DNA of 28,216 bases from an uncultured Deinococcales bacterium (GCA_964247135.1 CAXTTL010000033.1:1-28216); one strand, 5' to 3'; positions 1-9,123 are shown, counted from the first letter of the stretch. Notes: generated by a model not told the origin, from the letters alone. A program made the numbers and translations.

Positions 1-708
1 TTGCTGCCCGACGCTCGAGCCGCCGTCCTCAACCGTTACTCGAGTTCCATACCCGCCGAGATTGGAACGTACCGCGTCAACAAAAACGCGATTGATTTTG
101 ATTGGTTGTTCTCTGGTAAGGAACACGACCCCGTTCACCTTTCGGGCAACGTCTTGCAACTCTCGATTTACGACCTCCAACAGACCGCCACGGACAACGA
201 AGCTCAAGCTGCCTTCGATACGATTTACCAAGCGCTTTTGAGCGACTCGGAAACCTACAACTCGAGGTTTGCGATTGGCAAGGCAAGCGATATGCATGAC
301 CGTCTGGACCCCAACCCAAACCGCCGCAATGCAGGAGCAACCGTCTACACTGGCGAGGGCTTGTACCTCTACGATTCGTTCAGCACTTCAGGCTGGGAGC
401 AACTGCCAAACGGTCAGATCAACGTTTACGACGGCTACTCTCGAGCCGACATGTGGTTGCTGCCCGACGGACGCGCCTGCAATCAAATTTGGTTGTGGCA
501 AGGTGTGGACATTCACGACCAGGCTCATGTCAAGCATATTTTGTCCTGGGGGCAATACAGTCTCACGCCTGGACAAAACGCACTCGAGGGGGATGTGGTG
601 AACATTGTGTTTGACAACGGTTTGAACGTGACTTACCGCATGGTGGGTGGGAGACGCTTCTTAAAATCGCGTGAAATCACCTATCACAATGCCGCACTTC
701 GTCAATAA
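1..708 (+). CDS. Hypothetical protein, probably 5'-truncated by the window edge
   Basis: Open frame from base 1 to TAA at 706-708; no family motif recognised. Confidence 0.7.
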   Translation: MLPDARAAVLNRYSSSIPAEIGTYRVNKNAIDFDWLFSGKEHDPVHLSGNVLQLSIYDLQQTATDNEAQAAFDTIYQALLSDSETYNSRFAIGKASDMHDRLDPNPNRRNAGATVYTGEGLYLYDSFSTSGWEQLPNGQINVYDGYSRADMWLLPDGRACNQIWLWQGVDIHDQAHVKHILSWGQYSLTPGQNALEGDVVNIVFDNGLNVTYRMVGGRRFLKSREITYHNAALRQ

Positions 709-792
709 GGGCGTATCAACTTTTTCTATTCGCTTGGCTTTGGCTTGCATTGCTTCGGTTTCTTTGCGCAATGCCAGAATCCGTTTAACCAA

Positions 793-833
793 CTCGAGAA
801 GGCATCAAAGTTTGCTTTTGATGCCTCCTCGAG
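793..833. terminator. Stem-loop between convergent genes, probable terminator
   Basis: CTCGAGAAGGCATCAAA-gtttgct-TTTGATGCCTCCTCGAG: 17-bp arms with one mismatch. Confidence 0.55.
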
Positions 834-893
834 AATCACTTTTTGAGGGTTTCAGGGTTTTTGCAAATAATTTGTTGAGTCCTCGTTCAAAAT

Positions 894-1552
894 TCAATCC
901 TCGAGCCAAGGAAAGCCGTTGCGGTTGCGTTCAATTCGTTGCCAGAGAATTTCATCGTTGTGTGCTCGAATTTGATGCAGAAAAGGAAAGTCATTGGCAT
1001 CGACAGCCACCCGAAACAAGGGCTTGACCTCGTGCAAACTTGCCCAATGATGCGCCTGTGTGTTGACGCCCTCGTGCGGTTCGGAAGGTTCTTGTTCAAA
1101 ACCATCTCGAGGCAAAACATAAACCCAACCGCTCCTAAAAGCCCCCTGTGTGAGCGCCTTGTCGGTCACACTAAAAAAGTAAATGTCGTGCTCGGGTTCA
1201 GTCTCGAGCCGCACCGCCGCATTGCTGATGCTCATCGGCACGGTGGGACGGTTGAGGATGGCAAAGAACATTGCCCAAATGCCATCCGAGGCGGCGTAGA
1301 CCGCTTTTCGGTTGCCAAACCAACCGACATCATTGGATTGTCGAGGCTCGAACAAGCTGATGTTTTGGTCGCCAGTGCCGTGCATCAAATACTTTTTGGT
1401 TTGGTTCAGCCAGATCAAAAACGCCCAAGTCGGAACTGGCAAGCTTGGTGCTAAACCCGTCTTTAAGGCTTCGGTCAAGCACAACTCGAGTTCTGGCACA
1501 AAAGGCTCGAGGTCAAATGTGGGCGCGTGAGCCAATACGACTCGAGTTTCAT
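894..1552 (-). pseudogene. Conserved-type hypothetical protein with an apparent 1-nt frameshift near the 5' end (pseudogene or sequence error)
   Basis: Main frame carries LMHGTGD, FEPRQSND and GNRKAVYAASDGIWAMFFAI. A TATGTT-6nt-ATG start at 1552 gives MKLESYWLTRP in another frame, which joins the main frame if one base is added to the run at 1521-1523. Confidence 0.6.
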
Positions 1553-1609
1553 GCCAAAAACATAGCATCTTTGGTGAAGAAAAACGTGGTGATACGTACT
1601 GATTTTATT

Positions 1610-2170
1610 TCAAATCCAAGCCTGAAAAACCCGTAATTTCGCCGTACTGCGGGGCAAATGATGTTTTTCAAGTTGATCTAAAAACTCGAGTGCAGTCATG
1701 GCAGGGCGTACCAATTGCGCCCGTTGCTTTTTGAGGGCAATCAGCACTTGGTTTAAGTTGTTTTCGAGCACCTCGAGCAAGAAATCATCGGGATGAACGG
1801 CTTGCAGACCATGCGGTTTTAATGTTTTGGCTGGAAAATCTTTGAGGTTTAAGGTCACAATTCTGCTTGCCTGACAAGCAATTGCCGCTGCAAGAATATG
1901 CTGATCATTGGGATCAGGTAACACAAAGCTCGAGATCAAATGTTCAAAGTCTGTCACCAGCGCATTGCGGGCATGAAGGTTCATCAAATCAACCACCCGA
2001 TTCCACTGTTCAGGTGTAGAACCAGGGCGTTCAGTCAAAATGTTTCGAGTCCATTCGGCATGAATCATTGCCGTCCATCTGGCATCAATGGCTTCCTCGA
2101 GAATCAACCGCATCCAAAGATCACGCAGCATTGCCGAATACAGTACGCAGGCATCCAGCACGACGATCAA
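1610..2170 (-). CDS. PIN domain protein (PIN_3/VapC50-like), putative toxin
   Basis: N-terminal VVLDACVLY, LPDPNDQHILAAAI, IVTLNLKDFP; overlaps the upstream HTH gene by 4 nt. Confidence 0.9.
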   Translation of the reverse strand: MIVVLDACVLYSAMLRDLWMRLILEEAIDARWTAMIHAEWTRNILTERPGSTPEQWNRVVDLMNLHARNALVTDFEHLISSFVLPDPNDQHILAAAIACQASRIVTLNLKDFPAKTLKPHGLQAVHPDDFLLEVLENNLNQVLIALKKQRAQLVRPAMTALEFLDQLEKHHLPRSTAKLRVFQAWI

Positions 2171-2577
2171 TCGTATAGCTCCATTTTTTGCTGCAACTGC
2201 GAAAGTTCATTCAGTGCCGCTTCGCGCTGCATTTTATGGAAATTTTTCAAGTCAAAAAAACGTACCCGTCGCTGATTCCCAACTTTATAAAACGGAATCA
2301 AACCTTGCTCGAGCAACTTGACCAAATGCGGACGCGAAACTTGCAACCAATCCGCTGCCTCTTGCGTGGTCAGTTCCCGATCTGCCGAACTGACTTGCAC
2401 CGCTTCACCTCGAGCGAAATGTTCAAACACTTCTTGAATCGCTTGACCAATCGCGCTGTTCACCTCGAGCTTTGGCAGGGTGACAGTATGATTTGCGCCT
2501 CGTGGTTGCTTGAAGGCTTGTAAACCTTTTAAGGCAAGGTCGGCATCGCTGGGTTGTGGTTTGATGATTTGCGTCAT
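2167..2577 (-). CDS. Excisionase-family (HTH_17) DNA-binding protein, putative antitoxin/autorepressor
   Basis: ELTTQEAADWLQVSRPHLVKLLEQGLIPFYKVGNQRRV and C-terminal LNELSQLQQKMELYD; ATG at 2577 preferred over TTG at 2592. Confidence 0.88.
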   Translation of the reverse strand: MTQIIKPQPSDADLALKGLQAFKQPRGANHTVTLPKLEVNSAIGQAIQEVFEHFARGEAVQVSSADRELTTQEAADWLQVSRPHLVKLLEQGLIPFYKVGNQRRVRFFDLKNFHKMQREAALNELSQLQQKMELYD

Positions 2578-2593
2578 GGTCTCTCGAGACAAG

Positions 2594-2611
2594 AATACTC
2601 GAAATACTCGA
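2594..2611. promoter_or_regulatory. Tandem 9-bp direct repeat overlapping a -10 hexamer; putative operator of the HTH-PIN operon
   Basis: AATACTCGA-AATACTCGA; on the minus strand it overlaps TATTCT, 14 nt upstream of the ATG at 2577. Confidence 0.55.
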
Positions 2612-2628
2612 AAAAGAAAAGGGGAAAT

Positions 2629-3120
2629 TTAAGATTTTGGCACTTTAATTTCAATCGATTTTGGAAACTCAGGCGCAAGTTTTGAAACCTCGAGTTCGCC
2701 TTGCACATCATAAAAGCACATGTTCCCATTCAGATCACAAGTCCAAACCTCGAGCGCCCCACGTTCAAAATACAATTTTCGCTTGCTCGAAATTTCTTTT
2801 TGGGTATTGCTTGGTGAGATGATTTCCGCGCAGAGTTCTGGTGCTTCGGACAAATCGAGTTCGTCGCGGTGCGCGTTAAAAAAAGCATAAGACGACCAGG
2901 CGACATCTGGCACTTTCACGCCTTTGCGGGTCGCAATTGCGGTTTCAGAACTGGTGATACCATTGGTCAGAAATTGCTCAATCAATTTTGCAAGGCGTGA
3001 CTGATAAATGCCGTGAATGTATTTTGTGGGACTCATGACCACCTGCCCGAATTCGTTGGTTTCAATTTTGAACGGTAAATTGGCTAAATCTTTGTTGTTC
3101 ACAATTTCTTGCCAGGTCAT
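2629..3120 (-). CDS. Uma2 (DUF820) family PD-(D/E)XK endonuclease-like protein
   Basis: VVMSP..H, VKVPDVAW, APELCAEIISPSNT, KRKLYFERGALEVW; SD GAGGTG upstream. Confidence 0.9.
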   Translation of the reverse strand: MTWQEIVNNKDLANLPFKIETNEFGQVVMSPTKYIHGIYQSRLAKLIEQFLTNGITSSETAIATRKGVKVPDVAWSSYAFFNAHRDELDLSEAPELCAEIISPSNTQKEISSKRKLYFERGALEVWTCDLNGNMCFYDVQGELEVSKLAPEFPKSIEIKVPKS

Positions 3121-3175
3121 TAGCTCACCTCTTGGGGCAGTGTAGCAAAGTCTTGCAAAAAGAAAAGCTCGAGGT

Positions 3176-3637
3176 TTAGGTTTTGGAAAGTTCGACCCAA
3201 CTCGAAATATCTCGAGATTCGATACTGGTTTTCACTTCGGAAATCAAATGGTCTAAAGTTGCCAGTAAATCCTTCGATGATTTTAGGTCAGTATTTTCGG
3301 GAAACGAGTGAATCTCAATTTCGTAGTCAAGATCGTGTCTGGCAACAAAGATTCCACCGTAAACCCGCCAATCTTCAATTTCACGACAGCAAGTCATATC
3401 CCACGTAACCACATCATTGCTTTCGTTTTTGATCGAAATTGACTCATTCCAGAAAAAAGGTTGACGTTCATATTGGGTTATGGAATGGTGATTTGTAACA
3501 AATTCTGCTCCGAATTTTTTCTTTTGAGCACTAACAAAATTACGAATTTCTACACAAATTTGAGCAACAGATATGAGTACCAGAAACCCAGGATCGTTTC
3601 CGTCTAAAGAATGCACTTTCAGGCTGATTTCATCCAC
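3176..3637 (-). CDS. Hypothetical protein (AT-rich)
   Basis: 153-aa ORF filling the gap between gatC and the Uma2 gene on the same strand; no motif recognised. Confidence 0.65.
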   Translation of the reverse strand: MDEISLKVHSLDGNDPGFLVLISVAQICVEIRNFVSAQKKKFGAEFVTNHHSITQYERQPFFWNESISIKNESNDVVTWDMTCCREIEDWRVYGGIFVARHDLDYEIEIHSFPENTDLKSSKDLLATLDHLISEVKTSIESRDISSWVELSKT

Positions 3638-3654
3638 AAATAATCCTCGAGATT

Positions 3655-3948
3655 CTATTCAACCGTCCGTGGCACTTGAAAAAACCCATCGTTCACTTCC
3701 ACACCAACCGCCAACGCCTCCGCTTGCGACATGGCAACTTCGGCAACATCTTCACGCAAAACATTCACCAACGCCACAGGGCGCGGCATTTCGGGCAGTC
3801 CCTCGAGATTTAATTTTTGCAATTGATCGAAACTCCCTAAAATCTTGTTGATCTCGGTTTTGGCTCGAGCCGTCTCCACGTCGTCCATCTCGAGTCTGGC
3901 GAGTTTTTTGAGATGCTGCATTTCCGCGTCGCTGATGGCTTCAGTCAT
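3655..3948 (-). CDS. gatC: Asp-tRNA(Asn)/Glu-tRNA(Gln) amidotransferase subunit C
   Basis: ISDAEMQHLKKLARLE, NVLREDV, DGFFQVPRTVE; TAAACT 6 nt before the ATG. Confidence 0.95.
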   Translation of the reverse strand: MTEAISDAEMQHLKKLARLEMDDVETARAKTEINKILGSFDQLQKLNLEGLPEMPRPVALVNVLREDVAEVAMSQAEALAVGVEVNDGFFQVPRTVE

Positions 3949-3957
3949 AAGATCAGT

Positions 3958-5370
3958 TTAACCGTTTTCCGCCTCGAGTTTCATCCTGTCCCAAAGCGCT
4001 TGCACATGCTCGAGTTCGGTGGGCATTGCGCCAATGCTGACGCGCACCATCCAGCGACCCTCGAGTTTGGCGGGTGTAAGGTACGCGAATCCCGATTGGT
4101 TGATGCGTTCGACCCAAGAGGACGTGTGACGCTCGAGTGCCTCGCCGTGAAGTCCTGCGGGTTCGTGGCGAACGCAGACGGTTTGCAGTGGTACGGGCGC
4201 GAGTCGAACCCAGTTTGGAGCGGCATCAACTTGAGTGGCGAGCCATTGGGCGTTTTTCATGTCGCGGCGCAACCGTTCGCGCAGTCCCTCGAGTCCGACG
4301 CTGCGAATCAAAAACCAGAGTTTGAAGGCTCGAGCGCGACGACCGAGCGGAATACCCCAATCGCGGTAATTTTTGGCTTGCCCGTCTTGCGAAGTTTGCA
4401 GGTAGCTGGGGTTGGTGCTCATGACGCGAATCAAATGCTGGCTGTCACGCACGTAGTACAAAGTGCAGTCAAAGGTTGCGCCGAGCCATTTGTGCGGGTT
4501 TAAAACAATCGAATCGGCGTTTTCAACTCCAGCCCACAAAGGCTGGCATTCGGGAACGATCATGGCGCTACCCGCCATTGCCGCATCCACGTGCAACCAA
4601 ACCCCGTATTTCGCCGCGATGCTCGAGAGTGGCGTCAGTGGGTCGATGGCGGTGCTGGTGGTCGTCCCGATGGAAGCCACAATCGCGCAAGGGACATTCC
4701 CAAGCTCGAGGTCGGCTCGGATGGCTGCCTCGAGTGCTTCTGGACGCATGGCAAAATGCTGGTCAATGTCCACGCTGCGCAAATTCTCGCGTCCGAACCC
4801 TGCCAGCAGCACGGCTTTTTCGATGCTCGAGTGGGCTTGACTCGAGACGTAAACAATCAAGGGTTTGCTTTCGGCTTGAATCCCGCCACGGTTCAGGCTG
4901 TAATGGCTGGTTCGTTCTCGAGCGCAAAGAAGCGCCAACAAACTGGTACTCGAGGCGGTGTCTTGAATCACGCCCTGCCACTCGCTCGAGAGTCCGAGCG
5001 CTTGGCGCATCCAGTCGGTCATGACCTCCTCGAGTTCGGTCAGCAGCGGGCTGGATTGCCAGTTGAGTCCCAACTGTCCCAAACCAGAACTGACCAGATC
5101 ACCCAGCACGCCTTCCAAGCTCGAGTTGGCTGGAAAGTACGCAAAATAGCGCGGGTGTTGAAAATGGGTCAGCGCGGGTTTGAGTTTCTCGAGGTCAGCC
5201 ACCAAACCCGCCAGATGATCGCCTTTTTCGGGAGCGCTTGGCGAAAACTGCGCTTGAACCTCGCCAGGTTTGAGGCTCGAGACGACGGGCAGGGTTTCGA
5301 TCTGGTCACGGTAATTGGCGATGAAGTCAATCAGTTCGTGACCGAGCGTGCGGAATTCGTCGGTGGTCAT
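3958..5370 (-). CDS. PLP-dependent aromatic-L-amino-acid decarboxylase (group II decarboxylase)
   Basis: THFQHPRYFAYFP, WQSSPLLTELEE, QAHSSIEKA, WLHVDAAMAG, NPHKWL (PLP lysine), YRDWGIPLGRR. Confidence 0.93.
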   Translation of the reverse strand: MTTDEFRTLGHELIDFIANYRDQIETLPVVSSLKPGEVQAQFSPSAPEKGDHLAGLVADLEKLKPALTHFQHPRYFAYFPANSSLEGVLGDLVSSGLGQLGLNWQSSPLLTELEEVMTDWMRQALGLSSEWQGVIQDTASSTSLLALLCARERTSHYSLNRGGIQAESKPLIVYVSSQAHSSIEKAVLLAGFGRENLRSVDIDQHFAMRPEALEAAIRADLELGNVPCAIVASIGTTTSTAIDPLTPLSSIAAKYGVWLHVDAAMAGSAMIVPECQPLWAGVENADSIVLNPHKWLGATFDCTLYYVRDSQHLIRVMSTNPSYLQTSQDGQAKNYRDWGIPLGRRARAFKLWFLIRSVGLEGLRERLRRDMKNAQWLATQVDAAPNWVRLAPVPLQTVCVRHEPAGLHGEALERHTSSWVERINQSGFAYLTPAKLEGRWMVRVSIGAMPTELEHVQALWDRMKLEAENG

Positions 5371-5391
5371 GATGGAAGTATAAACTGAAGA

Positions 5392-6075
5392 TCAGTCTTG
5401 CTCGAGTTGTACTGTTTGGGTTTTTAATTTTGGTTTTTGGTCTGGGTGTTCCAAATTTTGAAGCTCCATATTGCGAAATTTGAGGATGCGAAAATAATCG
5501 CTTCGCATGTTGAGAATGGCAAATATTGCCAGAAAACCGTATAAAATAATTCTGTTAAAATTTGGAATGCTTAAACCACTGAGCGAAAGTAGGACAACAA
5601 GCCCGATTGCAACCAGAATGTAAATACTATTATCAATCCAGAATTTCCAGATAAAATAGCGGTAAATTGTTATTCTATTTGGAATTATTTGATTTAGAAT
5701 GGGAATCAAAAGGACGAAGAACAACTTCCCTCGTTCTCTTGGAAAGAAGTAGTACAATGCAGAGCCGCCAATAATTATTTCAATCCATGACTTCCATGTT
5801 TTTTTACTGTTTCTTTCAAAGGAATGCTGTTCTAAAGATGTCGTGTATTTTTTCTCTAATTTTTTAGCAGCTTTCTGAGGACTGCCAAACTCGAGTATCG
5901 CTAATTGCTCGGCTTCAATTTCGTTTCGTCCATCGCTGATAAAACGATTGGTCAAATGTTCATAATGTCGGGTTACTGTTTCCCGTACTTTATTGCCTGA
6001 ATCATCAGAAAGTGAACTGGTGGCATCGTTAAGCCAGGTTTGCAGGGTGTACGTTTTAGGCGTTTTATTGAACAT
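5392..6075 (-). CDS. Membrane protein with N-terminal permease-prefix/HAAS-like domain
   Basis: LQTWLNDAT...HYE...EAEQLAILEFGSPQKAAKKL followed by about four hydrophobic segments; AT-rich; ATG at 6075 chosen. Confidence 0.7.
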   Translation of the reverse strand: MFNKTPKTYTLQTWLNDATSSLSDDSGNKVRETVTRHYEHLTNRFISDGRNEIEAEQLAILEFGSPQKAAKKLEKKYTTSLEQHSFERNSKKTWKSWIEIIIGGSALYYFFPRERGKLFFVLLIPILNQIIPNRITIYRYFIWKFWIDNSIYILVAIGLVVLLSLSGLSIPNFNRIILYGFLAIFAILNMRSDYFRILKFRNMELQNLEHPDQKPKLKTQTVQLEQD

Positions 6076-6162
6076 GACTTCTCGAAAAAGTTGGCAATGA
6101 CAACACAAATTCTAAAGCATCAAGCCCCTGTATGCTCGAGAAGATCAATTCCATTTTGACTT

Positions 6163-7161
6163 TTATTGCGGTGCGAGTTCTCGAGCCAGTTGGCTGAATT
6201 GATCGGTGACTTCATCCAGCACACTGACGCGCGGGATTGGATTTTCGGTCACTTCGCGCACCAAAAACGGACCTGGGTCAATGGGTGCGTCGTTCAAACG
6301 AACCTCGTAATGCAGGTGCGGTCCGGTGGAATTTCCGGTTGAGCCGACCAACCCAATTTCATCTCCAACCAGCACTTCCTGCCCAACGCTGACTTCGATG
6401 CTCGAGAGATGTCCGAACAAGGTTTTAAGACCGTTGCCATGATCGACAATCACGTGCAAGCCGTAACCGATGCTCGACATGCCCGCCGTGACGACCACGC
6501 CGTTGGCGGTGGCGGCAATCGGTGTGCCCATCGCGGTGGCAATGTCCCAACCGGTGTGGCGTTGTAATTTGCGATTGAACGGATTTAAACGGTAACCAAA
6601 GGTCGAACTGATGTCACCGGAGAGTGGCCAGCCGCTCGGGATCGAGTCCAAATCTGCGCCTCGAGCTTCTAAGGATGCAATGCTTTGCTCACCCAGGCGG
6701 TTTAACCCGACGATGGCGACGTTGGTGGTTTGTTGATTGCTGACATCCTCGAGCGGCTGCGTTTCAGTTTGGGCGCTGCCCACGCTTTGCAGGCGTTGCA
6801 ACTCGCCTTTAAAACTGCCCACCTTGCTCGAGAGTTCGTAGGCATAAGCTTGGGTTTTGACTTTTTGGATTTGCTCGAGTTTGATTTTGGAGGTTAAAGC
6901 CTCGATCTTGGTTTTCGCCTCGAGTTTTAAACTTTGGACTTGATTGGCTTTTGCCAGCATTTTGAGGCTTAAAAAACTGTTTTGCGCTTTTAAACGCTCA
7001 ATTTTTTCGAGTGCAATCAAGTTTTTTTGTTGGGCATCAAGGGCGATCAAACCGACGGCAGCCATGCCAGCCAACGCCAGCAGCGCCACGATCAAACGGT
7101 TTCGCGCCAGGTTTTGCGGGGTTTTAATGGTTTCTGATAACGGAATCTCGAGCACGCCCAA
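6163..7161 (-). CDS. M23 family metallopeptidase (peptidoglycan hydrolase) with N-terminal TM anchor and coiled coil
   Basis: HTGWD (HxxxD), TLFGHLS, GSTGNSTGPHLHYEVR; start uncertain (TTG 7161 or GTG 7155). Confidence 0.93.
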   Translation of the reverse strand: MGVLEIPLSETIKTPQNLARNRLIVALLALAGMAAVGLIALDAQQKNLIALEKIERLKAQNSFLSLKMLAKANQVQSLKLEAKTKIEALTSKIKLEQIQKVKTQAYAYELSSKVGSFKGELQRLQSVGSAQTETQPLEDVSNQQTTNVAIVGLNRLGEQSIASLEARGADLDSIPSGWPLSGDISSTFGYRLNPFNRKLQRHTGWDIATAMGTPIAATANGVVVTAGMSSIGYGLHVIVDHGNGLKTLFGHLSSIEVSVGQEVLVGDEIGLVGSTGNSTGPHLHYEVRLNDAPIDPGPFLVREVTENPIPRVSVLDEVTDQFSQLARELAPQ

Positions 7162-7209
7162 CAGGATACAAGATTTTCATGCGTCAAGGTTAGAAACTTC
7201 GCATTGGCG

Positions 7210-7695
7210 TTAATGCTCGTGTCGAACCCCGCCCTCGCCGTGAACATGTCCATGCTCGAGTTCGCTGGGTTCGGCGGGTCGAACGTTCAGGATTTTGATG
7301 TGATATTCGAGGTTTTTGCCAGCAAATTCGTGGTTAAAATCCACGGTCACCGTGTCCTGCTCGAGTTTGATGACCCGAGCCACCAGCGGTTTGCCGTGTT
7401 CGTCTTGGGTGTAAAAACTTGCTCCGAGCGCGAGGTTGGTGTTTTTTGGAAAGTCCGATTTTTGGGCGCTATACAGTTTGCTCGGGTCATACACGCCGTA
7501 AGCATTCTCGAGGGTTGCTGTGAATTCTTGAGCTTCTTCGTGTCCAATCAGCAGTTCCTCAAGTCCAACGGGCAGACTTTTGGCGTGTCCCATCAAAATG
7601 GTTTGCACTTCACCCTCGAGCGACCTTTCAACAACTTTGCCATCGATCATTAAGCTCCACTCGAGCTTCACCACGCTGCCCTCCGTAATCTTCAT
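7210..7695 (-). CDS. slyD: FKBP-type peptidyl-prolyl isomerase / metallochaperone SlyD
   Basis: GLEELLIG, AYGVYDP, VTVDFNHEFAGKNLEY, His-rich tail ELEHGHVHGEGGVRHEH. Confidence 0.9.
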   Translation of the reverse strand: MKITEGSVVKLEWSLMIDGKVVERSLEGEVQTILMGHAKSLPVGLEELLIGHEEAQEFTATLENAYGVYDPSKLYSAQKSDFPKNTNLALGASFYTQDEHGKPLVARVIKLEQDTVTVDFNHEFAGKNLEYHIKILNVRPAEPSELEHGHVHGEGGVRHEH

Positions 7696-7764
7696 GCCCC
7701 AATTTACCTCGAGCTTGTGGGTAAAGTCCTAAACTTGGGGTTGTGAAAACGGTAACATCAAGCC

Positions 7765-8727
7765 ATGTTCGAGTTTAAGCAACGCATTCCCGTCACCGTC
7801 GTCGGTGGCTTTCTTGGCGCTGGCAAAACCACACTGGTCAACCACCTGATCAAAACTGGCGGCAAACGCTTTGGCGTGATCGTCAACGAGTTTGGTGACA
7901 TCAACGTGGACGGGGCATTGATTGAAAACCTCGAGGCGGATGAAGACGGCGTGACCGAATTCAGCAACGGTTGTTTGTGCTGCGTGGGACGCGATGACCT
8001 TGCCGAAGCCATGATCAAACTTGCGATGCGCAAGAATCCGCCCGAGCATTTACTGATCGAACTTTCGGGTTTGGCTGACCCCGTGCCCGTGGCGCAAACC
8101 GTGCTTGACCCACAACTTCGCGGTTTGTTCGATCTGGACGGCATCATCGGCGTGGCGGACGCCCGCAACCTCGAGCGCACGCTGTCCGACGTTCCAGAGG
8201 GTGCGGTGCAACTCGCGTATGCCAGCAACATTGTGCTCAACAAGACCGATCTCGCCGACGATGCGCAACTCGAGACGGCACGCGGTTTGTTGCGCGGTTT
8301 GAATCCACTCGCGCATCAAACCGAAACCCAAAACGCCAACGTCGATGCCCCCGCGATGCTCGCGCAGAACGCCTTTGAACCCGATTGGAAACCACGCAAT
8401 TACAGTCACGAACACGCGGCTGGAGTCTCGAGCTTTACTTTGCATCACACCGAGCCGCTCGATGTGATTGCCTGGAATACGTTCATGGAAGAATTTATTA
8501 TTTCCCGACCAGGCAGCGTGTTTCGCGCCAAGGGTTTTCTGGCGTTCAAACAAATTGCCGACGAGATCGTGTTCCAAGCCGTGCGTGAAATTGTCAAAGT
8601 CACCAAAACCGACACGCGCCACGAGGGACGCTCGAGTTTGGTGGTGATTGGACGGGCTTTGGATGAAAACGAGTATCGTGAGGCGTTTGCAAAATTGCAC
8701 GTTCCGCTGCAACCCAAGTTTCGGTAA
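7765..8727 (+). CDS. COG0523/CobW family metal-chaperone GTPase
   Basis: IPVTVVGGFLGAGKTT, VIVNEFG, NGCLCC (CxCC), IELSGLADP, LNKTDL, FRAKG, LVVIGR. Confidence 0.93.
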   Translation: MFEFKQRIPVTVVGGFLGAGKTTLVNHLIKTGGKRFGVIVNEFGDINVDGALIENLEADEDGVTEFSNGCLCCVGRDDLAEAMIKLAMRKNPPEHLLIELSGLADPVPVAQTVLDPQLRGLFDLDGIIGVADARNLERTLSDVPEGAVQLAYASNIVLNKTDLADDAQLETARGLLRGLNPLAHQTETQNANVDAPAMLAQNAFEPDWKPRNYSHEHAAGVSSFTLHHTEPLDVIAWNTFMEEFIISRPGSVFRAKGFLAFKQIADEIVFQAVREIVKVTKTDTRHEGRSSLVVIGRALDENEYREAFAKLHVPLQPKFR

Positions 8728-8737
8728 GGCTCGAGTT

Positions 8738-9094
8738 TCAAATGTTAACGGTTTTTGCGGCAGTGGCATGATCGCCAGTGTTTGGTGTGCCACTTGGTTC
8801 AATCAAAAGCAAGTGTGTTTCCTCGAGTGCAAACGTTTTATGTTCAACACCTTTTGGTACAACGTATAACTCACCTGGATTCAAAGACACAACACCATTA
8901 CGCAAGTGAATATCGAGACGACCACTGAGTACCAAGAAGAAATCGTCCGTTTCATCATGCTTGTGCCAGACAAAATCGCCTTTGACTTTGACCACCATTA
9001 AGTCGTTTTCATTCAAAGGTCCAACAATTTTGGGTGACCAATATTCGCTGAATTGAGAAAGCTTTTCCTCGAGGTTAATGGCTTGTTGATCCAT
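8738..9094 (-). CDS. Cupin domain protein
   Basis: FSEYWSPKIVG, GDFVWHKHDETDDFF, VVPKGVEHK, EPSGTPNTGD; start moved to ATG 9094 (TACACT 6 nt upstream). Confidence 0.9.
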   Translation of the reverse strand: MDQQAINLEEKLSQFSEYWSPKIVGPLNENDLMVVKVKGDFVWHKHDETDDFFLVLSGRLDIHLRNGVVSLNPGELYVVPKGVEHKTFALEETHLLLIEPSGTPNTGDHATAAKTVNI

Positions 9095-9123
9095 GATCCG
9101 AGTGTAACATGCCAACTTAAGCA

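Noticed and set aside
2167-2577. Prophage or integrative element suggested by the excisionase-like HTH
   Set aside because: No integrase, att sites or phage genes; the HTH is coupled to a PIN gene as in TA-like pairs.
3913-5388. Long plus-strand ORFs (3913-4503, 4476-5024, 4591-5388)
   Set aside because: Antisense shadows of the decarboxylase gene, with no motifs.
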